DNA from: Tubulanus polymorphus
Lineage: Eukaryota > Animalia > Nemertea
Direction of reading: 5' to 3'
Length of the DNA: 64,000 nt
Assembly: GCF_964204645.1 (NCBI RefSeq)
Contig: NC_134031.1
Span: 12,402,088 to 12,466,087, forward strand
This document shows positions 62,020 through 64,000 of the stretch, piece by piece (the stretch's first letter is position 1; each line of letters opens with the position of its first letter). The position numbers were made by a program, and so were the translations under genes. Below the pieces are notes generated by a model that was not told the origin of the DNA, searched no databases, and saw nothing but the letters and a program-made list of their open reading frames with translations.

Positions 62020-63479
62020 TTTATTATTTTTTCTTGATATCTTTTTGATATCATATTCACTAACCCAAAAATAATAGCACTTACAACTGTAATTAAAAAT
62101 AAAATAATATGTTAAGCAGCAGAGTTAAGAATATTACCTGCAGATTTCAATATAAAACCAACAATTGATGCAATAATTCCTGGTAAAGCTGCAGCAGATT
62201 TTTTAGATAGTTCCCATAAATATTTTGCTAATTTCTTTAAACCATCTTTAACTTTATCTTGTATAGAATTATTATCATTCGGGGGTTTATTCGGTTTATT
62301 GGGAGTAGGTGTAGATTTCAAAGAATTTGATATTGCTAAACCAATTGTTGTAAATAACATAGTTACAGCTGTTAGAATTGAAAGAATTGTTATTCCTTCT
62401 AATTTAAATAATAACTTTATTCTATCTTTTAGTGATATTTCAGAATTTGGTTTAATCAACAAATCTTTAAAAATAACTTTTAATCTATTAATATTATAAT
62501 CATATGATTTTAATAATAATTTAATTTCTTCTTTCTGTACTTCTAAATTATCTTTTAAATTATTAATTTCTTTTTCCAATCGTAATTCTTTTTGCCTATA
62601 TTCTATTTCATCAATTACTTGATGATCTAAATCAGACTTTAATTGTTCTATTTCTTTATTTCTATCAGTTAATTCTTTTTCTAAAAATCTAATTTTAAAA
62701 TCTCTTATACTTTTATTATGTGCAATTTTATCAGCTTCATTTCTTATACTAATAATTTCTCTAATTGCTTTATCAGAAAATATATTTAAATCTTCTAGTT
62801 GTTGATCTGTTGCATCAATTAATCCATTCGGTAAAAGCTTTTCAATTGGAACTTTATTTGATTTAAGTTTACTAGTTTTCGAAGTTATATTCTGTTCAGA
62901 AGTTGTTTCTGTTTCTGATTTCTTTTTGATTATTTCAAATAATTCATTAATTCTTTGTTTAAATACGTCTATATCATTACCAGTAAATTCTTGTTTTATA
63001 ACATCAGTTAGTACATTACTATTACTAATTCTTTTAATTCTATCTGGATCTAAATTACTCAAAGTTGATTTTGTTAATATTTTATTTTTATTATTTTTAT
63101 AAGTGATATCAATATAATAATCACCTTTCAAATGATAATACCATTTACCATTATCTAAAAATTTTAATTGATCTGCTAAAGGTCTAACGTCTTCATCATT
63201 TATGTTAAGTTTAGAATTTTCAATTATACGTTCTAATTTAGGTATTTAATTTAAATTATCTAAATCATGTTTTACTAAACCTGGGTCTAAATTTTCAGGA
63301 TTTAATTGTGATTCTGCATTTTTAATATAATCAGGCATATTTAAATTATTATTATATTCTGGCTCATTACCGTCATTAAAACTTGTTTCACTAAAATCAT
63401 TATAATCATCATCAATATATCCTTCATTATTATTTTCCATTTCTCCTATTTCATAATCTTCTACACCTTCTAATTCCAT
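62020..63479 (-). pseudogene. Coiled-coil/TM protein homologous to 10306-11740
   Basis: Shared ETETTSEQN...SAAALPGIIASIVGFIL. Confidence 0.75.
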
Positions 63480-63496
63480 TTACATAATAAAAAAAA

Positions 63497-64000
63497 TTAA
63501 AATTTAAAATATAATATTCCACCTATAACAATTCCTATACAAGTTAAAGCTAATTTAGCATTTTCATGGGATTTATTATCATCATTTAGTTTAATTATTC
63601 CATGTTGAATATTATCAGTTTTAATATTTTCTGATGTATTATAATCTTTTATTTTAGAATCATTATCCAATTTAATATTCTTAGTTTTAGTTTCTGTTGA
63701 TTGAATATGTTTTTTATTTTTTTCACCTTCCATTAATTTTGGAGCAGTAATAATCTTTTTATTTATATCATTTAATCCAAATGAATTATTTATTGTTGCA
63801 GTTTTAATTAGATTATTATAACCAATTATATTTCCCATCTTTAATACTAAATCATTAGAAATAATTAATAGATTAGGGCCTATACAATAATTTAATCTAA
63901 TATGTGATTTATCTAAATAATTTTGATATCTTACAATGTTTTCTGGAATCGATCTATTTTTATCATTATGAATTGAATCTTCAAATAATACTTTGAATTG
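63497..64000 (-). CDS. C-terminal part of the homologue of 11756-13345 (partial)
   Basis: Near-identical C-terminus ending in TM ALTCIGIVIGGILYFKF. Confidence 0.75.
   Translation of the reverse strand, partial: QFKVLFEDSIHNDKNRSIPENIVRYQNYLDKSHIRLNYCIGPNLLIISNDLVLKMGNIIGYNNLIKTATINNSFGLNDINKKIITAPKLMEGEKNKKHIQSTETKTKNIKLDNDSKIKDYNTSENIKTDNIQHGIIKLNDDNKSHENAKLALTCIGIVIGGILYFKF

Larger units (their letters stand above)
59359..64000 (-). mobile_element. Second, related Polinton (left-truncated, continues past window)
   Basis: Homologues of ATPase, integrase, MCP and two structural-module genes. Confidence 0.93.

Overview
Eukaryotic (probably marine-invertebrate; inference) DNA made almost entirely of nested mobile elements, with no supportable host gene. 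Main feature: a complete, very AT-rich Polinton/Maverick of 17,342 bp (3027-20368; 6-bp TSD CCTCTA; ~765-bp TIRs). It encodes pPolB, chromodomain integrase, packaging ATPase, major and minor capsid proteins, an HNH nuclease and several membrane proteins, but no recognisable adenain protease, and many ORFs are disrupted. It sits inside the GYPL|YRRR motif of a decayed Helitron Rep-Pif1 gene. Two traits look unusual: each TIR starts with a 268-bp imperfect hairpin, and the genes carry two classes of fixed-spacing TAAATG promoter-like motifs resembling poxvirus intermediate and late promoters. A related Polinton with rearranged gene order starts at ~59359 and runs off the window. Also present: Penelope elements with minimal hammerhead ribozymes; a CR1/L2-type LINE; a DIRS recombinase fragment; an RTEX-like LINE interrupted by a Chapaev/RAG1-like transposon (PHD finger inside its transposase) and by a solo LTR; a Merlin fragment; several MITEs; a non-autonomous LTR element with TT...AA termini and an orphan ORF; and a ~60-bp satellite.
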